64,000 bases of DNA. It comes from SAR324 cluster bacterium JCVI-SC AAA005. GTDB taxonomy: Bacteria > SAR324 > NAC60-12. Position numbers and translations under genes: made by a program. Position 1 is the first letter of the stretch. Each line of letters starts with the position of its first letter. A model generated the notes under the pieces. That model did no database searches, was not told where the DNA came from, and saw only the letters and a list, made by a program, of their open reading frames with translations. The stretch spans positions 2,529 through 66,528 of the forward strand of contig AGAU01000412.1 of the NCBI GenBank assembly GCA_000224765.2, in the 5' to 3' direction. Of this stretch, positions 38,157 through 46,899 are shown piece by piece.

Positions 38157-39266
38157 ATGACAACACTCGAAAAGATTTTGCGCCCAGAACTGATGGAAAT
38201 ACCTCCCTACAACACAGGGCTTGGGCTAAATGAGGTAAGATCACGATATGGAATAACTGTAGTTGCAAAACTATCCTCAAATGAAAATCCAACTGGCCCA
38301 GCACCGCAGGTTTTAAAACGTCTCTCCAGAGCCAGTTCAGAATTGCATCTTTATCCTAGCAGTGAGGCTCAACTACTGCGAAAGTCCCTTGCTCAACGTT
38401 TAGATGTTTCAGAAAAACAAATAATTTTTGGCAATGGTTCAGAAGAATTAATTTCAATTATTTGTCGAAGTGCCGTCAATCCGGGTGATCAAGTTGTTAC
38501 TCTCTTTCCCTCTTTCCCGCTCCATGAAGATTACACCAAGTTAATGGGAGGTTCTGTTGAAAGACTAGCGATAAACGAAAATCTTCAGATTGACCTAGCC
38601 AAACTTATGGAGAGGGCTGCACAACCGGCCAAATTACTTATTTTTGCCAATCCGATGAACCCTAGTGGAAGTTGGCTAAACCCCGAACAACTAGGACAAC
38701 TATTTGAAGCCAAGCATCCCGAGACACTACTGGTGCTTGATGAGGCTTACCACGAATACGCAGTTCATGGAGATTATGCTAGTGGCCTCGATCTTACAAA
38801 ACTAATTAAAGGCCATTGGATAGTGCTTAGAACCTTTTCCAAGAGCTGGGGCCTTGCGGGACTCCGTATTGGCTTTGGCGTCTGCAGTTCAACTGAACTT
38901 CGTCAAGCACTGGATCGAACCCGCACTCCCTTTAACGTAAATCACTTAGCCCAAATTGCCGCCGAAGCTGCCCTAGATTATGAGGACTACATGCTCCACA
39001 GTGTTCAGCAAACAATCCTACAACGAAAGCATCTTGCAAAAGAACTTCGATCTCGCGGCTACCAGGTTGGAGAATCTATTGGAAATTTCCTGTTTGTCAA
39101 TATTGACCGTTCTTCTGTGAAATTTGCGGAAGATCTCCTAAAACTAGGCACTATCGTCAAACCTTGGCTCCAGCCGAGCTATGACAGCTTCCTCCGCGTT
39201 TCGATTGGCACACCAGCGGAAAATGAAAAATTTCTGGCAGATCTTGCTCAGGTAGAGTCTTCTTGA
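38157..39266 (+). CDS. class-II (HisC-like) PLP-dependent aminotransferase
   Basis: 369-aa ORF with the histidinol-phosphate aminotransferase pattern, including LRTFSKSWGLAGLRIGF (PLP lysine). Confidence 0.85.
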   Translation: MTTLEKILRPELMEIPPYNTGLGLNEVRSRYGITVVAKLSSNENPTGPAPQVLKRLSRASSELHLYPSSEAQLLRKSLAQRLDVSEKQIIFGNGSEELISIICRSAVNPGDQVVTLFPSFPLHEDYTKLMGGSVERLAINENLQIDLAKLMERAAQPAKLLIFANPMNPSGSWLNPEQLGQLFEAKHPETLLVLDEAYHEYAVHGDYASGLDLTKLIKGHWIVLRTFSKSWGLAGLRIGFGVCSSTELRQALDRTRTPFNVNHLAQIAAEAALDYEDYMLHSVQQTILQRKHLAKELRSRGYQVGESIGNFLFVNIDRSSVKFAEDLLKLGTIVKPWLQPSYDSFLRVSIGTPAENEKFLADLAQVESS

Positions 39267-39360
39267 TAGAGAGATTGGTCCAAAAGTTTTGAGAATCTCT
39301 TTTCTCTCAGGATATTCGTAAAAATTACTGTTTTGATCGTAATTTTCCAGCAATGTTCTG

Positions 39361-40509
39361 TTATCTTTGGCGAATGTAGCGGTCCCCAAACTGCTTTAGC
39401 TCATCAACACTAGACACACCCATCAACTTCATTGTGATTGAAATTTCTTTGGCAAATATTTCAATTGCTTTTTCAACTCCCAACCTTCCATCTGCAGCAA
39501 GGCCAAACGCATAAGCTCGACCTAGCAGTACTCCACTAGCGCCCAAAGCCAAAGCTATTACGACCTCTGAACCCCGGCGAAATCCACCATCAATCATCAC
39601 ACAATAATCTTTGCCCACTGCCTTACGAATTTCTGGCAAGATGGAGATTGTTGAATTTGCAAAATCCAGTTGTCGGCCGCCATGATTTGATACAACAATC
39701 GCATCCGCTCCGTGATCTATAGCCTTAAGAGCATCCTCTGAATTAAGTATACCTTTTATGACTAGTCGTTTTTTCCAGAGCTTACGAAGCCACTTGATAT
39801 CTTCCCAAGTGATTGAAGAATCCAGCCGCCCAGAAAGATTGGACGCCTGCTCTAGGATGCCGCTACCAAATTCAGGGTAGTTGGCCAACGCTTCTACACT
39901 TGGAATTCCGGACTGCCACATATCCCAGCACCAAAGTGGACGCTGCATCATTGAAAACAGTAGCGTTGGATTAAGATGCTTAACCGCTCGAAATCCATTA
40001 CGGACATCCCTTTCACGTACAGATGTCACTGCAGTATCAGCAGTGTAAAATAGAGTCTCTACTTCTGCGTCTTCAACTGACTCTACCAACTTTTCGACAA
40101 AAGGACGCTGACAATCCATGTAGAGTTGGAATTGGAGTGTCCCTCCAACTTCTCTCTGCAGAGTCGCTAAACTGGCAATAGAAAAAGTTGAAAGACACAA
40201 AGGAACACCTTTTTGTCTAGCTGCTTCTGCGCAAAGAATTTCTCCTCGACCACGATAAAGTCCTAGGAATCCAACCGGTCCAAGCATAATAGGAAGTGTG
40301 TGCCTAGCTCCAAGAAATTCACAACTCAAGTCTGGCATACCCTTCAATGCTAAAACTCGCTGTACCAAGCACCAGTTGTTAAAATCCTCACAATTACGCA
40401 ATGCCGTCGTGTCCGAAAATGCAGATCCATCAATGTAATCAAAAAATATTTTGGGTAACCGACGCTGTGCGTGCTTTCTCAGATCTTCAATATTCACAAT
40501 GACAGTCAA
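39361..40509 (-). CDS. FMN-dependent alpha-hydroxy-acid dehydrogenase/oxidase (LldD/mandelate dehydrogenase family)
   Basis: 382-aa ORF with a TTG start and motifs IFFDYIDGSA, QLYMD, VSNHGGRQLD and IDGGFRRGSEV. Confidence 0.85.
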   Translation of the reverse strand: MTVIVNIEDLRKHAQRRLPKIFFDYIDGSAFSDTTALRNCEDFNNWCLVQRVLALKGMPDLSCEFLGARHTLPIMLGPVGFLGLYRGRGEILCAEAARQKGVPLCLSTFSIASLATLQREVGGTLQFQLYMDCQRPFVEKLVESVEDAEVETLFYTADTAVTSVRERDVRNGFRAVKHLNPTLLFSMMQRPLWCWDMWQSGIPSVEALANYPEFGSGILEQASNLSGRLDSSITWEDIKWLRKLWKKRLVIKGILNSEDALKAIDHGADAIVVSNHGGRQLDFANSTISILPEIRKAVGKDYCVMIDGGFRRGSEVVIALALGASGVLLGRAYAFGLAADGRLGVEKAIEIFAKEISITMKLMGVSSVDELKQFGDRYIRQR

Positions 40510-40837
40510 CTTATTCCCCTTTTGTAGCTAAGAAAATCGTTAACATTGGTCAGACAGTTTGATGCTAGGACAAAATCAGGTGAGTCTTTCAAGTAAACAA
40601 AAATTGTAGAAAGATGTTGCCAAACAAGCACACAAATCACCATGGCTTTCTTTGAACTGCAAGCAACTCTTCAGAGACTCTTGGATTTATTGGCAGTAAC
40701 ACTCAACATAATTGTATAAATTGTATCTGCTAAACTTACTTGAAAAACCTTTACACATACTGGAATTAAATTCTCAACAGGGATCAGTAGCCATAACACT
40801 AACCATCTTCACACCAACCCCAATCGAGTCATCTCCA

Positions 40838-41287
40838 ATGTTTCAACCTAAGAGAGCCTATTGATTGCTATTGTACTTGGAGGACTCTTCATCCCAGGTA
40901 CTTCATAGGCAGATAACACAGACGCTATCATCAAATATTAGAAGGCAGTCTATACCTCAATGCGAGGGCACACCGGAGAAATCTCAAGAATTATCCGTGC
41001 TGGTCTAGGAGACTACAAAGGCCACGTTACAGCTCATGCAGTCGCTATCCAGAATACAGCGAAGATCATTCCCGCTAGAGGAATCTGACTTTAGTAATAC
41101 TGGGGCCTTAGAGAGCATCTAAACAGATCAAAAGGGCTTTGAGCAAGCCTCCCAGCACCTGGTAGATGCCAGTGTAGAACTGGTGACTGTTTCCCAATCC
41201 GGTGATATGAAAGCCATCGGCAGAGCTATTGGGGCTGTCGGAGGGGCTTGCAAAAACTGCCACGACAACTACCGCACCTCCAATTGA
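40838..41287 (+). pseudogene. class II cytochrome c (cytochrome c'/c-556-like), multiply disrupted
   Basis: My three-frame reading gives MFQPKRA / LLIAIVLGGLFIPGTS*ADNTDAIIKY*KAVYTSMRGHTGEIS...AKII / SFPLEESDFSNTGALESI*TDQKGFEQ...GDMKAIGRAIGAVGGACKNCHDNYRTSN. The C-terminal CxxCH-xxYR is the class II hallmark. There are at least 2 frameshifts and stops at 40906, 40939 and 41120. Confidence 0.55.
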
Positions 41288-42191
41288 AGCATGGGCTATT
41301 TTGCCTGAGTTGCCTGGTTTCTCTACTGATTCTCACCAGTGCTCAGGCATGCACTCCAGATCCGATTGCTGGAGGGCAAATTTTTCATGCGGCTGGTGGT
41401 TGTGGCTGCCACACTGATGTAGAGAACAGAGGTTCGCTTCTAGGTGGGGGTCGCCCACTTCCTACCCCATTTGGAGTCTTTTATGCTAAAAACATCACTC
41501 CAGATCAAACCACAGGAATTGGCTATTTGAGTGATGAAGACTTCGTTCGTGCCATGCGAGAGGGGATAGGACCAGAGGGACAGCATTTATTTCCCGAGCT
41601 TTCCTTATCCTGCATTCTCCAAGATGAGCAAAGATGATCTATTGCACCTCAAAGATGACCTCTTCAGCCTTGCCTCCCATTCAGCAAAAAAATTAGACCC
41701 ATGAACTGCAATTCCCCTTCGATCTACATCTGAATACTTGGTTCTGGAATATTTTCTTCCATGATCCCAAACCCACCACACTCAATCCAAACCGTTTTAT
41801 AACTTGGAACCGCGGTCACTATCTGACAGAAGCAGTCGCACACTGTGCACAATGCCACACACCTCGGAATCAATTGGGAGTTCTTCGATCTGATCTGGCT
41901 TATGCTGGCGCAAAGGATGGTCCTGAGGGAAAATTGACCCCAAGCATCACGCCTGACAAAGAGACTGGAATTGGAGGTTAGAGCCGAGACGATCTAGTGT
42001 ATGCTCTGCAGACGGGGATGTTACCTAATGGTGATTTTCTGGGGAATTTGATGAGAATAGCAGTTGAACACTACCAAAAACTACCCGATGAAGATCTAGA
42101 GGTAATCGCTGAATACAGCTTTTCGTTGCCTCCAATCGTCAATCAAGTTCGTGAGAAAAAAGCTGAAAGCACCGATGACTTCGACTGGTAA
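41284..42191 (+). pseudogene. dihaem cytochrome c (dehydrogenase cytochrome-c-subunit type), multiply disrupted
   Basis: TTG start gives MKHGLFCLSCLVSLLILTSAQA; first haem site GGCGCHTD; second haem site AHCAQCHTPRN sits in another frame. Frames change near 41596-41601 and at the extra G near 41672. In-frame TAG occurs at 41694-41696 and 41979-41981 (TGIGG*SRDDL). The tail ORF ends at 42191. Confidence 0.7.
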
Positions 42192-42211
42192 TTCCACATC
42201 CAAAAAACGGA

Positions 42212-42922
42212 TTAGCAGCCACTCCGTATGATGTAGCCATCCGGTAGAATCGTATCGCAGAGAATCGTTCCTTCTGCCAGATCAATACTAAGCTTAGCCC
42301 CTTCAAAGTTGGCTCCATCCAGGTTAGAACCTCGGAGTTTGGCAGTTCGCAAATCAGCATTCCAGAACGTGGCACCCCATAGCGTGGCACCCCACAGATC
42401 AGCTTCCCAAAAATCTGACTTATAAAAATCCGCCAGTGTCAGATTGGCTCCCCGAAAACTAACCCAACTGAGATCGGCATTGAGAAGCTTTGCTTTGAGC
42501 AGGTTAGCTTTTTCCAAGCTAGCACGTTCTAACTTTGCTCCTGAGAGATCAACAAGTGTCAGTTCGGTTGCCGATAGCTCGGCTGTACTCAGATTCGCTG
42601 AAGACAAGTCCGCCCCGGAGAGGTTCGCTCCAGACAGATTTGCACCAGACAAGTTAGCTCGGCTCAGATCTGCCGCAATGAGATTGGTTCTGGAAAGGTT
42701 CGCTCCAGACAGATTTGCACCAGACAGATTTGAGCGAAACAGTTGCAATTCTTCCAAAGTGGCTGAACTGAGGTCACACTGAGGGCAACTACCCGTTGCT
42801 TTTAGACGTCTCAAGTCCTCCATGTTGTAGGCACACGCTGACTGAACAAATCCCCCACAAAGTAACCAGAGCAGAATACCCAGCATATAAGATGAAGTTT
42901 TCGATTTCATCGCTCTCTCCAC
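42212..42922 (-). CDS. pentapeptide-repeat protein with signal peptide
   Basis: 236-aa ORF. N-terminal signal is MLGILLWLLCGGFVQSACA, followed by long runs of A(D/N)LSxANLSG-type pentapeptide repeats. Confidence 0.85.
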   Translation of the reverse strand: MERAMKSKTSSYMLGILLWLLCGGFVQSACAYNMEDLRRLKATGSCPQCDLSSATLEELQLFRSNLSGANLSGANLSRTNLIAADLSRANLSGANLSGANLSGADLSSANLSTAELSATELTLVDLSGAKLERASLEKANLLKAKLLNADLSWVSFRGANLTLADFYKSDFWEADLWGATLWGATFWNADLRTAKLRGSNLDGANFEGAKLSIDLAEGTILCDTILPDGYIIRSGC

Positions 42923-43157
42923 GAAAATGATGTAGTGTCCTCAAAAAATTGCATTTGCTATACATTCATAAATTTTTTCAATTACCTACTGACTTCTAAT
43001 TTCCATGCGTAGCTTTTGTGCAAGTTTGAGAAGCAAAACAGCAGTCTGAGCAACCCTCTAAAATATTAGTATCATACAGAAGCAAAAATGAACTAGAAAG
43101 TTGTGCAACTTTAACACCCCATAAATCAACAAGCTAAAGGGCTCAAAACCAAGTAAA

Positions 43158-43592
43158 TTAATATTGCTTTTGTGTGTTAACACGTTTTGTCTTTGCCAAC
43201 TGTGCAGCTACCATATCATCCATCTCACCAAGCTCAGCAGCTGCCTTAAACTGTTCTAGCACAGGCACCAATTCATCAACACTAGACAGTTCAACAGCAT
43301 CCATGCCCTTAGCAAGTTCCAATACCCTACTGCCATAGCGTACGGTTAATTGCACAGTGCCATCTGTACTCATACACCACCAACGTAACACACGTTTCGC
43401 TACTCCAACTGCACGTATTCCACCATTATCATCTGCAACAGCACGCACATTCACGGATTTATAGTTTGGATTTTGGGCAAGCTGTATTTGCTCACTTATA
43501 CCAGCAGCAAGCTTGACTCTGCGTTGTAGCACAGGATTGCTTGTGTTGTTTCGCTGATACTGTGGCAGCTTCAGTGTCTTCAGTAGTTCCAT
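43158..43592 (-). CDS. hypothetical protein
   Basis: 144-aa ORF with good coding look (…RVLRWWCMSTDGTVQLTVRYGSRVLELAKG…). Family not confidently recognised. It borders the AT-rich island. Confidence 0.6.
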   Translation of the reverse strand: MELLKTLKLPQYQRNNTSNPVLQRRVKLAAGISEQIQLAQNPNYKSVNVRAVADDNGGIRAVGVAKRVLRWWCMSTDGTVQLTVRYGSRVLELAKGMDAVELSSVDELVPVLEQFKAAAELGEMDDMVAAQLAKTKRVNTQKQY

Positions 43593-43907
43593 GGCTGCCT
43601 CCTTACTAGCAAGTGTTCAATAATATTATGTATTCACTTTAGGAGATGGACAAATGAGAATTCGATAGATTAGAAAAACAAAAAAATCAGATATTTGTAG
43701 CTAGAAAGTTTAAAATTTTTTATATTATTTTTATTCTATTAAATACTAATTTGATAACAAATATTTTCAATTTTAAGTCTAAGATTATTTATAACATATA
43801 TTTAGGGTGAATCCTACTGTAGTTAGGTTTTTATTTTCGCTAAAACTTCCAAAGATAGTTGGTAAATACTTCCTGAAGAGCAATAATTTAGTAAAAAAAT
43901 CATTTGT

Positions 43908-43931
43908 CTAATAGAATTCATATTCTATTAG
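43908..43931. promoter_or_regulatory. perfect 10-4-10 palindrome upstream of the proteorhodopsin gene
   Basis: ctaatagaat-tcat-attctattag read directly, about 280 nt upstream of the ATG at 44211. This is a candidate operator. Palindromes like this arise easily in AT-rich DNA. Confidence 0.2.
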
Positions 43932-44210
43932 GTCTTCGTAGAGGAGAGTTGCTATCTGTTAATTTAAATTTTATAATAATCTCTTTACTCTATCAATAAC
44001 TTAGTATACGCTAATCATTCATGTTTTTGTGGTGAGAAAGTTAGTTTTCAGAGGCTGGAAAATTTTCCGAAAAACTAACAAATCCTTCTATGTGATTGGG
44101 TATAATAGAAACTTGGTTCTGAAGCGGAAAAGTTTTTTGAAAAAAACTGTAGGCTTTCAATTTCTATTCGTGCGCAACCAAAAACTATTTTCTTCATTCA
44201 GGGGAGTGAA

Positions 44211-44906
44211 ATGGAAACTTTGTTAAAGCCAGACGATTTTGTAGGTATTTCTTTTTTCGTTGCAACAATGGCAATGATGGCCTCAGCTGTTTTCTTTTTT
44301 CTAGAAAGAGACAGTGTAGCTGGAAAATGGAAAACTTCAGTGACTGTAGCAGGTTTGATAACAGGCATAGCAGCAGTTCATTACTTTTATATGAGAGATG
44401 TATGGGTTACGACTGGACAGAGCCCAACAGTTTTTAGGTATGTAGACTGGTTACTGACGGTTCCACTACAAATTGTAGAATTTTATTTGATATTGGCGGC
44501 AATTGCAGCTGTGCCAATAATACTTTTTTGGAGGCTTCTAGTCTATTCTCTCATTATGCTGATCTTTGGTTATCTGGGTGAAGCTGGTTTTGTAGATGTA
44601 ACTCTGGGATTTATTCTAGGAATGGTTGGATGGCTCCTAATTCTTTATGAAATCTTTTTTGGTGAAGCTAGTCAAATCAATGCAAATTCTGCAAATACAT
44701 CTTGTCAAAAAGCTTTCCATGCACTACGCCTTATCGTGACTGTGGGATGGGCTATTTATCCCATTGGTTACTTTTGGGGATATATGCTTGATAGTGCAAA
44801 TGTAGAAGCTGTAAATATAATTTATAATTATGCTGATCTAATAAATAAGATGGCTTTCGGCTTAGTAATCTGGGCTGCAGCTAAACAAGATTCAAAAGTT
44901 GAATAA
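44211..44906 (+). CDS. proteorhodopsin (light-driven proton pump type), blue-tuned variant
   Basis: The 231-aa protein aligns residue-for-residue by eye with classical proteorhodopsin: KWKTSVTVAGLITGIAAVHYFYM, SPTVFRYVDWLLTVPLQIVEFYLILAA and IIYNYADLINKMAFGL. With an 18-aa offset, equivalents of H75, D97, T101, E108, D227 and K231 are all present, and position 105 is Gln (CAA 44469-44471). Confidence 0.92.
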   Translation: METLLKPDDFVGISFFVATMAMMASAVFFFLERDSVAGKWKTSVTVAGLITGIAAVHYFYMRDVWVTTGQSPTVFRYVDWLLTVPLQIVEFYLILAAIAAVPIILFWRLLVYSLIMLIFGYLGEAGFVDVTLGFILGMVGWLLILYEIFFGEASQINANSANTSCQKAFHALRLIVTVGWAIYPIGYFWGYMLDSANVEAVNIIYNYADLINKMAFGLVIWAAAKQDSKVE

Positions 44907-46039
44907 ATTTTTGTAAATTATTGACTAACCTTTGATTGGATTGTCAGAAAATATTTTCATACTTTTGGCAATCTAATCTACCACTTCATAACTGTTACTA
45001 AGCCATTATATTTTCAGTATATTCCATATGAAATTACTTCTTGTAAAGCTACTGCAAAGATTACAAATTTAATGGTAACGCACTACTCCTGCTCAACATC
45101 TATTTGGCTAGTTTACACAGAGGGAATATGTTTTAGGTATGAAAATTCCTCCTTAATAAAATGCAAAAATGGTTGAGCACAATTTATTCACAACTAAATA
45201 ACGACGTATTACCCAGCTGACTAAGTTTTAGTCTTACCCACCTTGATAGTGTTAAAACGATTGCTAAACTATTTAAGCTTCAATAAGTTTGTCTAGCTCG
45301 CCCTATCCCGCTCCAGTAAGTATCAATTTCGGCGTGAAAATCAATTCTGACTCAATGACTAATTTAAAGGGATTTCAGAACCTGACCAGTCCAATCGGCT
45401 TGCCACTACAGTGTATTCTCAGCTGCTAAGCGTAACTGGCTTTCACAGCATTCAACTCTTCATCAAGCTTGGCTAACAGCGTGCCAGTATGCAGGGTGGG
45501 AGCTCAGTACTTAGATCGCTTGTACCGTACGAGCTTGAATGATTTCAGAAGTTGCATGATTACTTAATGCGCACGTTCGCATTCAAGCCTATGGGAACTC
45601 TAGGAGACGGATGAACCATAAATCAGGTATATTTAAATTGGGTGTTTGAGCAAAATAGTAACAGGCACTGAATAGTTGCTTTAGAGATTAGGGTATTAGC
45701 AACTACAGTCTGAATTTTGTGAACGCAATTTGTGAAACTACCGTGTGAATGAGAGGGATTTAATTAAGGTTTGTTGTTCTCACTTTATAATGATTCTTAC
45801 CAAACTAGTATAAAACTTAGATTCTCTTTTTTGCAATTGAATCTATACGTTATAGCTTAATCTATATTGTTCAGATTGTGGCAAGCTGGAATAGATATGC
45901 TTATGCAGCAAGTCCATGATTGAGCACATTCGTTGACATAGAATTTGAAAAAAATTGCTAATTACACAAAGAGTTTTAACATTTATTTATCTAAACTAAT
46001 CAAAGCTGACCCAATTATGGTATACTGGTGTTAATAATA

Positions 46040-46834
46040 TCACACACAATTTTCGTATGATTGACCTCTGACCTGACAAAATTTTGGCATCACCGGAGCA
46101 TTTGTAACTCTTTCGTCTTTCCAAGAAAGAGATCTCATATAATGAGCAGCATAGCCTCTTCTTCTCTTAGTTGACAAATTTTTTCCACTGCCATGAATTA
46201 GGAGACTATGGTGAAAGCTAACACTTCCTGAATCTAATTCTATATCTTCGATTTCCCATTGTTTAAATTTTAAAAGTGGTAAAAATCTTTCCATTTTTCT
46301 TTCTCGAGAATCACTATCAAGACCTAAAGTTCCAAATCTGTGTGAGCCTGGTATAAATTTTAAACATCCATTTTCTAACGTGAAATCATCAAGGGCTGTC
46401 CAAGCAGTTATTAAATCTCTCGGAAAAATATCTGTCCAAGAAGCAGAGTCTTGATGCCAATATATTTCAGATCCAACCTCAGGATTTTTCATAAATAACT
46501 GGTCATCATATAACTTTATATCTTTAGTTTCTAATAATTGAGAAATAACATCGACTATTTTTTCATTGACTACGTGATTCCAAAAAATTTGGTCATATAT
46601 CGCAATGGCATAGAGTTTTCTAAGGGTTAAATTTTTTTCAATTGGAGATTCTATATTGACCTCAGGTTCTACCTGAGTACTAGATACAGGAACATGATCT
46701 ATTTTATTATCGCCGATCAACTCTGATTGAAGCTGGAGTCTCCTGATATCATCTTTACATATAAGATTTTCAATTATTAAAAAACCTTTTTGAAAATAAG
46801 AATCTTTTTGAGCTTCAGACAAAAGATATTTCAT
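46040..46834 (-). CDS. phytanoyl-CoA dioxygenase (PhyH) family Fe(II)/2-oxoglutarate-dependent oxygenase
   Basis: 264-aa AT-rich ORF with WHQDSASW (HxD iron motif), a distal SFHHSLLIHGSGKN histidine, and RRRGYAAHY (2OG-binding Arg region). Confidence 0.8.
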   Translation of the reverse strand: MKYLLSEAQKDSYFQKGFLIIENLICKDDIRRLQLQSELIGDNKIDHVPVSSTQVEPEVNIESPIEKNLTLRKLYAIAIYDQIFWNHVVNEKIVDVISQLLETKDIKLYDDQLFMKNPEVGSEIYWHQDSASWTDIFPRDLITAWTALDDFTLENGCLKFIPGSHRFGTLGLDSDSRERKMERFLPLLKFKQWEIEDIELDSGSVSFHHSLLIHGSGKNLSTKRRRGYAAHYMRSLSWKDERVTNAPVMPKFCQVRGQSYENCV

Positions 46835-46899
46835 ATTAAATCCACAAAAAATTTAGTTAAATTGTTCTAATAAATAACAGAAATTTACAGAATTATCTT

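Noticed and set aside
41229-41417. 62-aa ORF, and the ATG-41248 extension of the dihaem cytochrome ORF (MQKLPRQLPHLQL...)
   Set aside because: These frames overlap the CxxCH-containing C-terminus of the cytochrome c' relic. The TTG at 41284 gives a proper signal peptide (MKHGLFCLSCLVSLLILTSAQA) and a TTGA overlap with the upstream stop.
16445-41981. Idea that TAG/TAA at Trp-like positions reflects a reassigned stop codon or programmed read-through
   Set aside because: Intact neighbouring genes terminate with TAG, TAA and TGA. The affected genes mostly also carry frameshifts or truncations. No known code reads TAG or TAA as Trp. Ordinary G-to-A decay of TGG explains the pattern.
42444-42782. 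112-aa plus-strand ORF (and similar ORFs 57699-58303 on plus and 62653-63615 on minus) rich in SA/RF/AP repeats
   Set aside because: These are mirror-frame ORFs antisense to the pentapeptide-repeat genes. The repeat codon structure keeps the opposite strand open. The sense-strand proteins have signal peptides and canonical A(D/N)LxX repeats.
44029-44226. 65-aa ORF immediately upstream of, and overlapping, the proteorhodopsin start
   Set aside because: The K/F/R-rich translation is typical of random ORFs in AT-rich DNA. It overlaps the rhodopsin RBS and start, and no motif is recognisable.
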